A stretch of 64,000 bases of DNA from assembly GCA_964016885.1 (NCBI GenBank), contig OZ024747.1, positions 39,494,001 through 39,558,000 on the forward strand, read 5' to 3'. The position numbers were made by a program, and so were the translations under genes. This document shows positions 1 to 14,570 of the stretch, piece by piece. The notes below the pieces were generated by a model that made no database searches, had not been told where the DNA came from, and worked only from the letters and a program-made list of their open reading frames with translations. The stretch comes from Eledone cirrhosa. Lineage: Eukaryota. Numbering within the stretch: position 1 is the first letter of the stretch; each line of letters starts with the position of its first letter.

Positions 1-522
1 GAGTCAAAAAATATAGATTGATGTGAGTAAATAATATGGAGAGAGATGTTTAAGTAAGAAGTTCTAAGAGGTGTTCTAATGTCACAGTTACTCTATCCAC
101 ATATTGAACGATAGTGCCGTACATTAGATCGGAGGGTAAGCTAAAGTATTCAAGGCAGTTGTCAATCTGGTACAACCAAAGAAAAACAGACATAAAGTAC
201 ACACAAGAAAAGTACCAATAATGAATAAATGCTAACACACAGAGTACATATATGCAAAATGATTTATATGATTGTCAATCTGTCAATGTATAGATTGAAT
301 TGAGGGGGGGGCTTCTGTTCAAATGCGATATGGTGCAGGAAAATAGGGGTTTATCTTAGTTTTTGTTTCCGCCTATTTATCTTGCAGAAAGTTACTATTA
401 TGTCCGTCCAGTGTCAGGGGTTTCCATTCCCACGGATGAAGAACCCAAAAGCACACACTTCATCCGTTCCCATGTCGATTCAATTTGGATTCCCTCGGAA
501 AGATAACCTTTTTATGTAACAG

Positions 523-596
523 GCTGTCTGATGATGTCACGACACTCGCACACAGAACAGTGTGGCCAGTGTCGTCATTGAAATATATTTCACAGC
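523..596 (+). ncRNA. Type I hammerhead ribozyme with extended stem II
   Basis: gctgt CTGATGA [..acgacact..cacac/gtgtg..agtgtcgt..] GAAA tata TTTC acagc. Stem I gctgt/acagc; palindromic stem III region GAAATATATTTC; canonical core. Confidence 0.75.
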
Positions 597-598
597 AT

Positions 599-785
599 TT
601 TGGCAGCATCGGTAGAGGGTCGGACGCCATGCTTTGACGCATAGAGTTACGGCCCTTGCCATTCTGAGTTCAAATCCCGCCGAGGTTAACTTTGCCTTTC
701 ATCCTTACGGGGTCGATAAAATAAAGTACCAGTAATGTACTGGCTAATTGCTGGCCTTGTGCCAAAAGTAGAAACAATTATTATT
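599..785 (+). mobile_element. tRNA-derived SINE (octopus-type)
   Basis: A-box-like TGGCAGCATCGG (601-612), B-box GTTCAAATCC (668-677), core cctttcatccttacggggtcgataaaataaagtaccag, (att)n tail. Two more copies lie in the window. Confidence 0.85.
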
Positions 786-837
786 AAAGGACTTGAACAT
801 CTGAAACTACTTCGCTTTTCCTTATTCGATTATATAA

Positions 838-879
<42 letters not shown>

Positions 880-2130
880 ATGTGTGTTTCATGACTGGAA
901 AGGTGGATTAAATTCCAATAATTGAAGGTACAATTTTTACAGTGATATTTTATATTTAAATCTTTGGAGGTTATCTTGGCTAATATAATGGGTTCTACAT
1001 ATAAATATATGTGTGTGTGTGTGTGCATGTGTGCGTGTGCGTGTGTGTGTGTGTACACTGTTATAAACATGTATATTTTCTTCTTACAAAAGTGATTTCT
1101 GTTATTTATAGCACCCATGCTATAAAGACGTAACCTATAGATATAGTCTATAAGGACTGATGACAAAATATTAAGCCTGCCTACTAAACCTTTAGTAGCT
1201 TCATAGATACCTAGTTTTATAAATACATAGATACTTAGAATTAATCTTGAGTATAATTTCTACAAGATTAAGTATTGGTTGTGATTCAATAGAACATAGT
1301 ACCCACATAAACAAATTATTCTCATGCCAAATCTAATTGTATTGGAATTTTAACTTTGGAATTTAATAAACACAATACAATTAATATTACATTGTTTTGC
1401 AACGTATGCAGAAAAGATATTTATTTAACTTTGAAATGTTTTCAATATACATCAAAGCATTGTTTCAGATGAATTTAATACTGTCCATATTTACCTATTA
1501 AGAAACTTATATTATACAAATAAGGTATGATATAGAATATATATTAAATAAATGAACATCTGAGAATATTAAGTTTGAAAAATACTGCAACAGAACAGGA
1601 ATATTCCGGAAAAGTAAATGAAAGCAAAAACATCAACTGTCCAATGATATAATGTGTCTCTTATGAAAAATATTTTTTTTACATTTTGTTAATTTATATT
1701 GCTGTAAACAAAACATGAGTTTACAAAAACAAACATGTCTATTAAAATGGAAATCTACTAGACGAATTCTTTTGTTTAGTTCCTTAAGCACACAGCTGAA
1801 AAATTACATTCAAACAAATGCGTCAGAGAATAATTAAGTTTTTCTATGCATCTTATAGAATTAGTCTAAATTATTTATCTAATTCCTTTTAAAAAAAATA
1901 ACATGAACTTATTATGTTAAGATATTTAGTTTTTATCTAGTTGTATATGTAAAGCTTCCCTTGTAACATTTATTCAAAGATTCACATATATACGCGCATC
2001 AGAAGCGACGGCATAGATCGCTCAATATATAGTTTTATAGTTAGAATGAGTAGTATATATCAAATGTGTACCTACAATACACACACACGTACATACACAG
2101 GCATATACATACATAAATATATATATATTA

Positions 2131-2380
2131 GGTATTAATTTAACAATGAAAATAAAAGCATCAAAGTCGAGTTATTTTACTTATTCATATTATTGTTTTT
2201 ACGATCGTTTCGGAGGGTTGATCATATTGACATATTGTCTGATCTATAGCAGTTATATAACTGTATACTATCAGACCTCATATATAGGTTTGATCAGGCC
2301 GTCTTCTTCGGAAACAATAAGTATGAATAGATAAAATAACTCGACATTCTTGTTATTATTTTCATTGTTAAATTAATACC
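2131..2380. repeat. Inverted repeat (arms about 2131-2199 and 2312-2380) enclosing an HHR; probable PLE pseudo-LTR remnant
   Basis: ggtattaatttaacaatgaaaata..gtcgagttatttta is mirrored by taaaataactcgac..tattttcattgttaaattaatacc; abuts a TA tract. Confidence 0.7.
2190..2320 (-). ncRNA. HHR-like motif with about 90-nt branched stem II
   Basis: Minus strand: ttattgttt CCGAAGA ..tgatca..gtctgat..cagttatataactg..atcagac..tgatca.. GAAA cgatcg TA aaaacaataa. Palindromic stem III; U4C core change. Confidence 0.5.
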
Positions 2381-2739
2381 AAATATCTGACTCTGTATCA
2401 AAGAGCGGAACCTTTCTATGGATTTCACTGGATTACTCACAATCAGACTACATTGAGTTATATCTACGGGACGGACCCTACCACCAAGGGTAGACCACAC
2501 TGAAACGAAAAAGAAAAACATATATATATACATGTATGTATAGTAGTATGATAGTATAGTAGTATAGCTAGTATGAATCATTGTGAGACTTTTATTAAAT
2601 ATCTAATACGTTTCAGAAGACCGACACGATGCGATACAGTTGTATAATGGGCAAGGGATGACATATGAAAAAAAAGAAGATTTCATGCAGTTGTTGTTTT
2701 TTTTACCTAGTTAGTAAAACAAAAACAATGTTGGGGCTG

Positions 2740-2740
<1 letters not shown>

Positions 2741-2799
<59 letters not shown>
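2741..2799. repeat. (TA)n microsatellite
   Basis: Pure TA tract. Similar tracts lie at about 842-876, 3247-3342, 8496-8532, 8947-9050, 10439-10502, 14493-14563, 16021-16066, 17895-17943, 23507-23642, 29969-30097, 37629-37852, 46606-46686, 52681-52776, 55121-55210 and 58135-58192. Confidence 0.98.
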
Positions 2800-2801
<2 letters not shown>

Positions 2802-3247
2802 TCTACTACCTCTCCTACTTCCTCCCGTTTGACCTGTGCGTAATTCTTTTCTCGCGCACGCTTGACCAGGCTGGTTGTTCTTTTTTTTTCTCTCTTGTCT
2901 ATGATTTCACAGAACTCAGGGACTAGACTCCTACTTCCTCCCGTTTGACCTGTGCGGAATCCCTGCCTTGCTCACATTTCGACTAGGTTTGATGGTCTTT
3001 ATTCTCTCTCGTTCACGATTTCACCGAAATTATATTCATAGAAATCTGGGACTTGACACTTTCTTCCACACTTTTCGTTGCATTACCATCTTTGATTGTT
3101 TACAGTCTCGCTCGTTCCCCTTATTTATGTGTCCCAACGACTTTCTTTAGCCATTGCTCGCACCAAACGGAGGTATATGGTCTTTAAAGCGAAATACCAA
3201 TGAAATACCATTGAAGGTTGGAAGATCACTGATGAAGTACTAACTTT

Positions 3248-3332
<85 letters not shown>

Positions 3333-3342
3333 TGTATATATA

Positions 3343-6139
3343 GTGTATTTGGTAATACACTGTATGCTTAATTAAAAGCATTTGAAGACCTTACGCTATT
3401 GTTTTAAAGTAGTGACTATGTCACTTCTTTTTTCAACAAACAAAGGGAGTGCTCAGCCTGATTTAGGTAGACTTAGTAAAATAATTCTTGATAGAATTAT
3501 ACCTGAAATTAGAAGTTTGGCCCCTCTTGCAGTGTGGAACAATTCTTTCGCGGTGATTGATTGGTTCAAAGGCATATGCAACAAGCAACATTGCCGTTTT
3601 ATTCAATTCGACATCGCTAATTACTACTCCTCCATCACTTTACCACTTCTCCTTAGAGCTATCAATTTCGCTAAAACCCTCACAGTGATTAAGGATTTCG
3701 AAGTTGATGTCATCCGCAACGCCCGTAAACGCTGATTAATTTCGACGACTCTATTTGGATTAGAAAATTTAATATTACCCCATTCGACGTGAGTATGGGC
3801 GCCAGCGATTCTTCAGTGGTTGCTGATCTTAACGGCCTTTCCCTTCTTTTCTCTATCAAGGAAGAATTCCCCAACGTGGGCGGTGGTTTGTACAGTGATG
3901 ATGGTATTTTGACCATGACTAAGTGCGGCCTACGTGCTTGCGATGGGTTCAGAAAAAAACTCACAGCCTTCTTTAAAGGTTTCAACCTCTCCATACAGGT
4001 TGAGGCCAACCTCTCGGTCGTTAATTACCTCGATGTTACCCTCAATTTATCGAATGGATTGCATTACCCTTATAGAAAGCCGAATGATACGCTTAATTAC
4101 ATAAGTAAGCATTCTAACCATCCCGCCAGCATAAACAAGAAACTGGTAAGAAACGTTTCTTTGAGGCTTTCCCGTCTATCTACTAACGAGCATATTTTCA
4201 ACGACCATTCCACATATTACAATGAAGCTCTTGCTCGGAGTGGATTTGTCGATAAGGTAGCATATACAGAGTACGAGAATAGACCTACAAGAAATAGATC
4301 CCGACGCATTTTATGGTATAACCCACCATATATTATGGAGGTGGCGACACCATTAGCTAAGAACTTTCTCTCCCGTATTATGAAGAAATTTTCCCCTACA
4401 CATAAATATAGTAACATTTTTAATAGAAATACTATTAAAATGTCTTACTCTACGACTCCTAACCTTGCACATAACATCACAGCTTCAAATTTAGCTAAAC
4501 TACCTAGCCGTAGGAACACGTGCAACCCTGTAGTTAGTACTAACTGTAATTGTAGGAATCGGCTTGACTGCCCCCTATCCGAGAAATGCCTCTCTAGTAA
4601 CATTGTCTACAAATGTAAGGTTGAAATACCCACGTCCCGTAGGGTCTACATAGGGTTAACCGCCAATAGATGCAAGTCCTTACATGCATACCCATTCTTT
4701 TCGTAACCATTTAAGAAGGAATATGATGTCACTTTTAGCTTATATCTGGGGTCAAAAAGACAACCACACCCAATATGTGTATAACGGAAATAAAAGACCA
4801 TGTGACCTCTGCGCCGCTGAGGCCCTGGAAATACTCTACACCAAACACCACATCTTAAACAAAAAATCTGAGGCAAATTCGGCTTGTAAACATAAATTGC
4901 ACACAACTTTACTGTATTACAGCCCCATATTAAACCCTAACGGATACTACGAACTATACGCGGATATCTTACGTCTTGATGTGGTAGCTAATTATATGTA
5001 ATGTTCATACCATTACTTATTTGTATAGGTAAGTATATATTACCTGTATGTTTTGTGAAGATACGTATAGTTTTTCGTACGTATATTTGATTGTATATGT
5101 TATGGCGTATATATTATATATTCTGGTTCATATGCTTTTGGTTATGTGTATACGTGAGTTTTACGTCTGTGTGAGTATGCGGGTTCGTACGTATGTAGGG
5201 TATGTGTATAGGTGTACTTTGTGTTTTGGTTGACGTACGTCTCCGAACATATGTGTATTTACATGTAGGTATGTGTGTGCGCTTGTTATATATGTATTTA
5301 TTTATTTATATACGTTTATTTAATTATATGTAGACACGCACACACACACACATATATATATATATATTTGTTTATATATATGTTTATGTGTATTTGGTGT
5401 ATACATTCGTATGTGTGCAGGTACAGGTGTTGCGTAGGTTCTGTATGTGCGTGCGGGGTTTTTTTTTTCGTGCCCGTGCGTGTATTTGTATAGCTATGGC
5501 GAGTGTTTTCGCGTATGCTTGTGTATGTACGTATATGGATGCGTGTATATATTTATTTAATTTCTATTACCTCTGTATTGTATTTTATTTACTTTATTCT
5601 TAACTCTGAAGCCGAGAATCATTCGGTTTCGTAGTTAGAATTTTAGTCTACGACATCAGTTATACTATTTACGTGGTTTTTGTCTTTGCGTGCAATTGTT
5701 GTCCCCGCTCCACATATGACGTATTATCTTCTTTTTTTTTCGTTCATTGCCAGAGAACGTCTCTATGGACCACCTAATAGAATATTAGTCTACGACTTCT
5801 TTTATACAATAAGCGTGGTTTTGTCTTTGCGTGTAATTGTTTTTCACCGCTCCAAATAATGACGTATTATATTCGTTTTTTCCCGTTCTTTGCCCGTGAA
5901 CGTTTCCACGAACCAAACTATCGTCTTCCTGTCTTCCTCCGGTTGCAACGTCTTTTGTAATATTTACTTCTGCGTTCACAGATTGACTTTGTTAGTTTCA
6001 GAAGATCCCGTTAAGGGTGAAAACAGCGATTCTTTGCTTAAACTTTAATCTGTTATTTTAATAAATATTTTCTCTACTGTTCTTATATATTTGATATATA
6101 TTTATCCTTATCGAGCCATCTTTGGATTTTAGTCATCAA

Positions 6140-6150
<11 letters not shown>
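3343..6150 (+). mobile_element. Penelope-like element family A, 5'-truncated, frameshifted
   Basis: ORFs 3382-3735, 3789-4706 and 4684-5001 carry RT motifs IQFDIANYYSSI, MGASDS, GLYSDDG and NYLDVTLNL, a Cys linker CNCRNRLDCPL and GIY-YIG (IVYKC..YIGLT). Long 3' UTR with HHR; flanked by TA tracts. Confidence 0.92.
5994..6044 (+). ncRNA. HHR variant (CAGAAGA core) in family A pLTR
   Basis: agttt CAGAAGA tccc gttaa ggg t GAAA aca..tgc TT aaact; stem I agttt/aaact. Confidence 0.65.
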
Positions 6151-6185
<35 letters not shown>

Positions 6186-6312
6186 TATATAATTTAGAAA
6201 ATGACCTTTTCTTTTACAAAATAAAAAGAGAAACGTGACGAGTGAAAGTATAAGGGAAAAACATGAAATCGAAAATGCAGCTGGAGTCTTTTTAAGAATA
6301 TTTATTTGGTTC

Positions 6313-6348
6313 CTTTACCGGTTTCGCAGTTCTTATGCTTTTCAAAAG
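6313..6348 (-). ncRNA. Minimal HHR with U3:A8 core covariation, in a short pLTR fragment (about 6190-6375)
   Basis: Minus strand: ctt TTGAAAA gca taagaac tgc GAAA ccgg TA aag; palindromic stem III. Confidence 0.6.
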
Positions 6349-8011
6349 TAGAATTGAGATGGAGGCTTCGTGGTTTATATATATATATATATATATACAT
6401 ACAACAGCACATTGTAACTTTAGATCTATTTGACAATCGCCACCGACGAATGCGAAAAGGTTCTCTAGTAAGTTAACCAGAATGTTTAAGAAAATGTTTC
6501 CACCGAAGTTAACAAAGGACTTATTAAATCAACATAGCAACATTATAAGATCATAAAATTGTGAAGTTCTAGAAATTAAATTGTTATAGAATACCAACTT
6601 CAAATGAAGTCATTTTTTCTTCTTTTTCCAAAGAAATATATGCAGTATATCAAATATAAATATGTTATAGCCATGAATGAATCGTTAACCCGAAATGTAT
6701 GGTTCATATCCAATAATTAACAATATAACCCAATGAATTCGTATGAATTAAACAGATGCACATCAATAATATATATTTAGTCGTATCTTAGCCTGAAGTA
6801 AATGTTATCAATTCACCCAAGTTTTTGTTCAGCACTAAAAGATTAGATATTATATGTATACTAGTAAATTCTAAACCAAATACATATTACAAACCCGGGA
6901 AAAGTTTGAAATATGCTTGCTACTTCTCCTCCAACAACCTTTCCATGTCTATCCGTATACACACAATCTTTGAACACTAGCACCTCTTTGAACCACCCAT
7001 TATTACCGTGTATGGGAATATGTTCAAATGACCATGTACTTTTTTGTTATCTTTATTAGCCAGAAAAGTCGCTCTACAAATGATTTCCATGATTTTAAAT
7101 GCCTATAGAATTTCATCCTATCCTTGGCACACACAGATATATCGTTTTTCTTGGAATGAGTTTCTTTGTTTCCGTATACATTACGGGGTGGGGCGACAGA
7201 TTTTTGTAAATAAACGTATATGATTTACCAGACGGATAACCTGAAATAATATCATTTCGTTTCATATTTGTCTTCCAAACAAATTTGCGTGCGTTTCAAA
7301 GACTGCTTCACAGATGTGGGTATTAAGGCAATATAAAGAAACGTATATATTTTCATGGAAATATAAATAGGAAGAATGGGAACAAAGATAAAGAGAAAGA
7401 GACACTCAAGAATATATTACGTGATTTTCCCACTTAACATAGAAATTAGGATTCCGAAATCACTTGATTTTCTTATTGAAACAGATAAAGATTATAGAGT
7501 TCATTGCAAAAGGCAAAGGTTAATTCAAGTAGTTAATGTTACTTTAAAGAAAAGCCAGCTTCTAGCAAAAGATTACATAGAACTTTAGAAGAAATATCTT
7601 TATGGTTTCGGCTACATAAGCATTTATACTTAAATAGTTTTCAGAACTTGAAAGTAAAGTTGATGGTTTATTAGTTTATAGATTTCACACTAGTAAAACA
7701 TATATTGGCGATGATTATATTTCTGTGGAGTAATTCATTGTGTAACTTCATACTCTCTACAAATTCATCCCAATCTATTAATTCCGTAATGCCCGATGTT
7801 ATTCAGGTTACAATTTCTGATTTACTTTTCCTCTTAGAATTTCAGTAAAATTAAAGTCAAATACTATTTGCATTATTCATATACGAACACATACATACAA
7901 AATAATTGTTTAAGATTTTCCTTTAAAAACATTGTTTTGGTTTTGATTTCGCCTTGTTTTCGTTCGTTGTCTTGTCCTCCCTTTGTTAATTTTCCTAATT
8001 TTATCATATAT

Positions 8012-8494
8012 ATATTGTTATACTTTGGGAGGGTCATGTTGCCAATAAGAAACACACGCACCAGTTACTTTCACTCCAATTTATTATAAATTAAATTATA
8101 AATATTTTAAAAAATTATAGCTTTCCGGTTGGTTGGTTGGTTCCACAACCGGACGGTTGTTCATATATTGGCAAAGTTCATATATTGTCAAAGTTCATAT
8201 ATTGTCAAAGGGGAGTCACAAAACAAAGAAAATAATCCCCAGTCACTGAAGAGGTCACAGATTTTGTGACGAAAGTACTTTGACAATATATGAACAACGG
8301 TCCGGTTATGGAACCAACCAACCAACCGGAAATTAAAAAATGTTTGTTTAATTTATAATTTAATTTATAATAAATTGGAGTGAAAGCAACTGGTGCGTGT
8401 GTTTCTTATTGGCAACATGACCCTCCCAAAGTATAACAATATCGGTTTCAACACACGTTTTCAGATAAAGAATCTTGCTAAACAAATTCAGAAA

Positions 8495-8497
<3 letters not shown>
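8012..8497 (+). mobile_element. PLE family E solo pLTR with inverted duplication
   Basis: Arms about 8012-8177 and 8275-8443 are inverted; homologous to 28540-28812; 17-bp unit ttcatatattgtcaaag occurs three times at the junction. Confidence 0.85.
8242..8284 (+). ncRNA. Minimal type I HHR (family E)
   Basis: gtca CTGAAGA g gtcaca gattt tgtgac GAAA gtac TT tgac; all three stems pair; palindromic stem III. Confidence 0.85.
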
Positions 8498-10410
<1,913 letters not shown>

Positions 10411-10415
10411 TATCA

Positions 10416-10502
<87 letters not shown>

Positions 10503-10504
<2 letters not shown>

Positions 10505-12250
10505 TATACGATAATAAACAATAAGAAAGACAGTTTTGTTTGTCCATCCGTATTTATTTTATCATGCGTATTTCGAAGATGTATGACATTTGTATAACAT
10601 CTGCACTACGTGTCCTCTTCAGACAAAAATCCACACGAGACTTAAATGTCTGTTGATATGTTGCCGGTCACACGAGTTATACACTTCGGCGACTGACAAG
10701 CATATGTCCGAAAATTTCTCCAGCAGTAGTTCGTATATGGGAGGGAGATAGATATTTCAGTTGGCGTTGCTGTTTGTGATCTGGATAGGGTATCAAGTTA
10801 CCAGATTGGCCGTTTAATGCTAAGTGAAGCATGTATGAACTGTTAGTGTATTTTTTCTTTTATGTTAGATTCAATTCACTTAGATACTATTTTAAATTTT
10901 ATATATTAATGAATGTTTTATATATTAATGAACTTATTTCATGGTCTATATAACGTTATTTAAGTTTTAACTAAATATTATTTGAAATGTCTTGTGTATA
11001 CAAGAATTAAAATAATTTTTAGCATGTATTTATAATTTTGTGTCTAATATATATATATGATGTCGAGACTATATATAGAGATAGTTATATATAGATCCAT
11101 TTATGTATGAAAAAGTGTATGAGAGTTTTTGCCAAAAAAGGGAGTATTCAACTTGTATATTTTTAAGCGACAAAATCAGTTCCGACAGGGCCGTCTAAAT
11201 CTGTTATCAGCTCTTTTAAATGAGTGGCTATGGTTGTACAACTTTCCTTAAATCTAGTGGAATTTCCACCAATATATCTATAAGACTTACAAATCGTTTT
11301 TACTTCGTATTCATAAACCATATTATCCTCTAAACAGTTAATTATTCAATGGGCAAATATTACAATTTCTACATTTGCAGTTATTTACGTTACCATTCGT
11401 AGTTCCCTCTCTGTGTTTGTGTGTCTGTAGGTCTGTCTCATCTATATTAATGGTATTATCCTTGTTATTCGAGTTGCTGTTTACTCTATCAGTGCTTCTA
11501 TGTTTGCTATTGTTTAATTCCGAGATTTCTATTGTTAATTTTCGCTATATTCTGGGCTATGTCTTTAGTAGCCGAGTAGGAAAGTTTGATTGTGTGTCGG
11601 TTAAAGATTTGACTGTATTTACGTAATCTAGGAAAACACTTATCTAATGCGTTAAAGGAAATCTAAGCTATGTTATTTTGAATTCCAAAGGAGTGTGGTG
11701 GGATATACCACAGAACGGAATGGGATCTAACTGTCTTATATAACCTTTTGGTGAAATTTGAGTTATATCCATTTGAAACTTGATTTGTTCTAACTCTATT
11801 GTGTTGGCTTCGAGTACTCCTATTATTTCGATTGCCATTAATTGTGTCTATGTTAGTGTCTATGCCTATGGTTTGTTTGTTTCTATGAGAGGATGTGTAG
11901 TTATTTTTCTCTATATGCATGTACTCAATTTTGTTCTGGTAACCTGCTCTAGCTAATGCATTATTATAGTATCTAGCCTTACTATCAAAGATGTCCCTGT
12001 TACCTGAGAGTCTAGAGATTCTCTGCTCTACACTTTTGACTATGGACTTCTTAACGTTTCTAGGGTGGTTTGAGTAGTAGCTAACCTAATTGAAGTTTTC
12101 ATTTGTTTTATGTTATGGGCCTGAACTGAGGTTAAACTTTATGTCTAGGACGTTGGGTACTCTATTGTTATTTTCTATTTCTAGCTTGAGACCGTAATGT
12201 TTGAAAAACAATTATTTTATTCTTTCTGATATTTTTGGCGTTCTTGTTTA
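10503..12250 (-). mobile_element. PLE family G, decayed (RT thumb, linker, GIY-YIG, 3' UTR)
   Basis: Minus-strand remnants YYSNHPRNVKKSIV..RISRLS..YYNNALARAGY, VLWYIPP, CKCRNCNICPL and YIG; distantly related to families A and F. Confidence 0.8.
10556..10628 (-). ncRNA. Degenerate HHR with long stem II (family G pLTR)
   Basis: Minus strand: tttgt CTGAAGA ..agatgt..acatct.. GAAA tacgca TG ataaa; the cleavage triplet is non-canonical. Confidence 0.45.
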
Positions 12251-12329
12251 TTATTAAAATAAAAATTCACATAAACATAAACCGATGAGTGTTTGACGTC
12301 TGTTATGATGTCGGCAGATTTTCAATAAC

Positions 12330-14015
12330 ACAAATTTCTTTAATTCTGAATTGACTCAACACAAACTTACAATTTACAATGGATTACATCCATGAACAAC
12401 TCCCTTTCCTCGGCATCCTAATCAAGAAAACAAACAACAAAATAGACAGACATAAACTACAAGCCCAGAGACTCCAAACAATACCTTCCATTCAACTCGT
12501 GAAACCCTAGACACACCAAAATGGCGATTCCTTATAACCGAGCCGGAAGGATCTGCACAATAGGTTCAGATAAATACACATGCTACACACGACTAGAAGA
12601 ATTGAAAAACACACTTATCAGCAGAAACTACCCACCATCCCTAATCAACAATGGATTCCAACGTGCCCTAAAACTCAACATTCAGGAACTCAGACACCCC
12701 AAATCCAGGAATGAAACGCAACAGAAAACGCTACCATATATCTGCACACACAACCCCCTCAAATATGAGGCGTTCGACACCATCCTCCATAACATTTCTT
12801 TACTAAAAAGAGACCCATATGAATGAACAATATCCTCCAAACACACATCATAATGAGCAAAAGACAACCTAAATCCATAAAAAAACTTCCTCACACTAGC
12901 CAAAATCCAACAAACCGTCACAATGAAACCAACAGTAACAAAATGCGGAAGGCCCAACTGTGGCATATGCATAAATCTAATAGAAGGTTAAACATTCCAT
13001 TTTAAACAAGGACAACATTTCACAGTTAAACACAACTTTACTTGTGCATCTGAAAAACTAATCTATGTTTTGACCTGCTCAGGTTGTCAAGAGCACTACA
13101 CAGGACAGACAAAAACAGCCTCCGACAATGTATGACCGTCCATAAATCACAAATCAAAATACAGGACTACAGAAAGATAGCGTTCAGTGAACATATCGCC
13201 AATTGTGCACCCAACCAACATCCCAGCTTTAAAATGTTCTCCATTTACAAATTCATAGACAACGCTACTTTCATTCATCGTACCAATAAGGAAACGTATT
13301 TCATTAACAAATTCCAACCTCTACTTAATGCACTAAACGTCGGACTAAACTAAAACTGGAACGAACAATGAAACATTTACAAATACCTATGTCTCTCTAA
13401 AGAGTTACTTCCCTAACTCCCTACCTAATCCTTTTCCTTAAATAAATTAAATATCATCCAGCATAAATTACCTCCCCCTGCATATTAACTCTCTAAAAAG
13501 GGAAATCATATCAAACCCCAGTCCACCATTTGGCTCCATCATGGATCAACTAAGCACTCTTGCTATATTAACACATTTTGATCTGCTTATCTTCAAGAAC
13601 TATGCCTGTAAATAACAATATTTTTCTTTCACATTGCCTTATTATGCTCCACATTACACCCCTTTTTTCTTTTTTCTTTTCACTTCATAAACCTTGTTTG
13701 TAAATAACATTATTCTTTCTGCACCATTTCTTTAACATGTCCAACACCACCATTCTACACCAATACATATTATTATCATTTGATAATGCATAAAAATGCT
13801 GAAACCGGTAATAGACTATTATCAAATATATAAATAAATAAATAAATGCCATTGTTAATTAATAAATAAATCATCTAATATCTTAACACTTCACACAAAG
13901 TAAAATATTTCGTTTTAATCATTTTCTAGCCCAGAAAAAAGATAGAAATAAATAAAAAGGGAAAAGAAATTGTTTTTTCTTCCTAATAATCGTCTCTTTC
14001 TTCCTGTTTTCATAT
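12330..14015 (+). mobile_element. PLE family C 3' part (RT thumb plus GIY-YIG), frameshifted
   Basis: ORFs 12521-12826 and 13084-13353; motifs LPFLGILI, IPYNRAGRICTI, KCGRPNCGIC, TCASEKLIYVLTCSGCQEHYTGQT; ends at a TA tract. Confidence 0.88.
13773..13814 (+). ncRNA. Minimal HHR, U3:A8 variant (family C)
   Basis: TTGATAA t gcat aaaa atgc t GAAA ccgg TA atag; weak stem I; second copy at 47545-47586. Confidence 0.6.
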
Positions 14016-14046
14016 TTTTATATATATATATATATAATATAGATGA

Positions 14047-14095
14047 GATTCTACAGGACTAGAACTGTCTCATTTTTTAGAAATCATCAGGAATC
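14047..14095 (-). ncRNA. HHR with GAAA to GAGA mutation, in a tiny pLTR fragment
   Basis: Minus strand: gattc CTGATGA tttc taaa aaat GAGA cag ttctagtc ctg TA gaatc; homolog at 61276-61324. Confidence 0.65.
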
Positions 14096-14146
14096 ATTAG
14101 GTATATACATATATTTATATATATATGTATATATATATATACATAG

Positions 14147-14178
<32 letters not shown>

Positions 14179-14227
14179 TTATATATATATATATATATAT
14201 ACATAGGTATATATATATACATATATA

Positions 14228-14274
<47 letters not shown>

Positions 14275-14490
14275 GGAATAGAATGAAACGAAATTTCATT
14301 TCTCACTTTTGGTACGGCAGTTATATTAATGTAAGTATGTATGTATACGTACATACATATATGTATACAGACGTACAGTAGTATGTATATATATATATAT
14401 ATACATACATGCACACATATATATCTGCACGTATCGGTTTACCAAACATTTATTATAATGCTCGGTTTGTTTGTAAACAAACAAACAGCC

Positions 14491-14560
<70 letters not shown>

Positions 14561-14570
<10 letters not shown>

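Noticed and set aside
3229-3246. CTGATGA motifs at 3229 and about 1158, and CTGAAGA at about 61234
   Set aside because: No stem II plus GAAA or stem I partner found.
5601-5637. CTGAAG-containing hairpin in the family A 3' UTR (also about 17437, 22190 and 39807)
   Set aside because: Followed by TTTC rather than GAAA; a simple hairpin, not a hammerhead.
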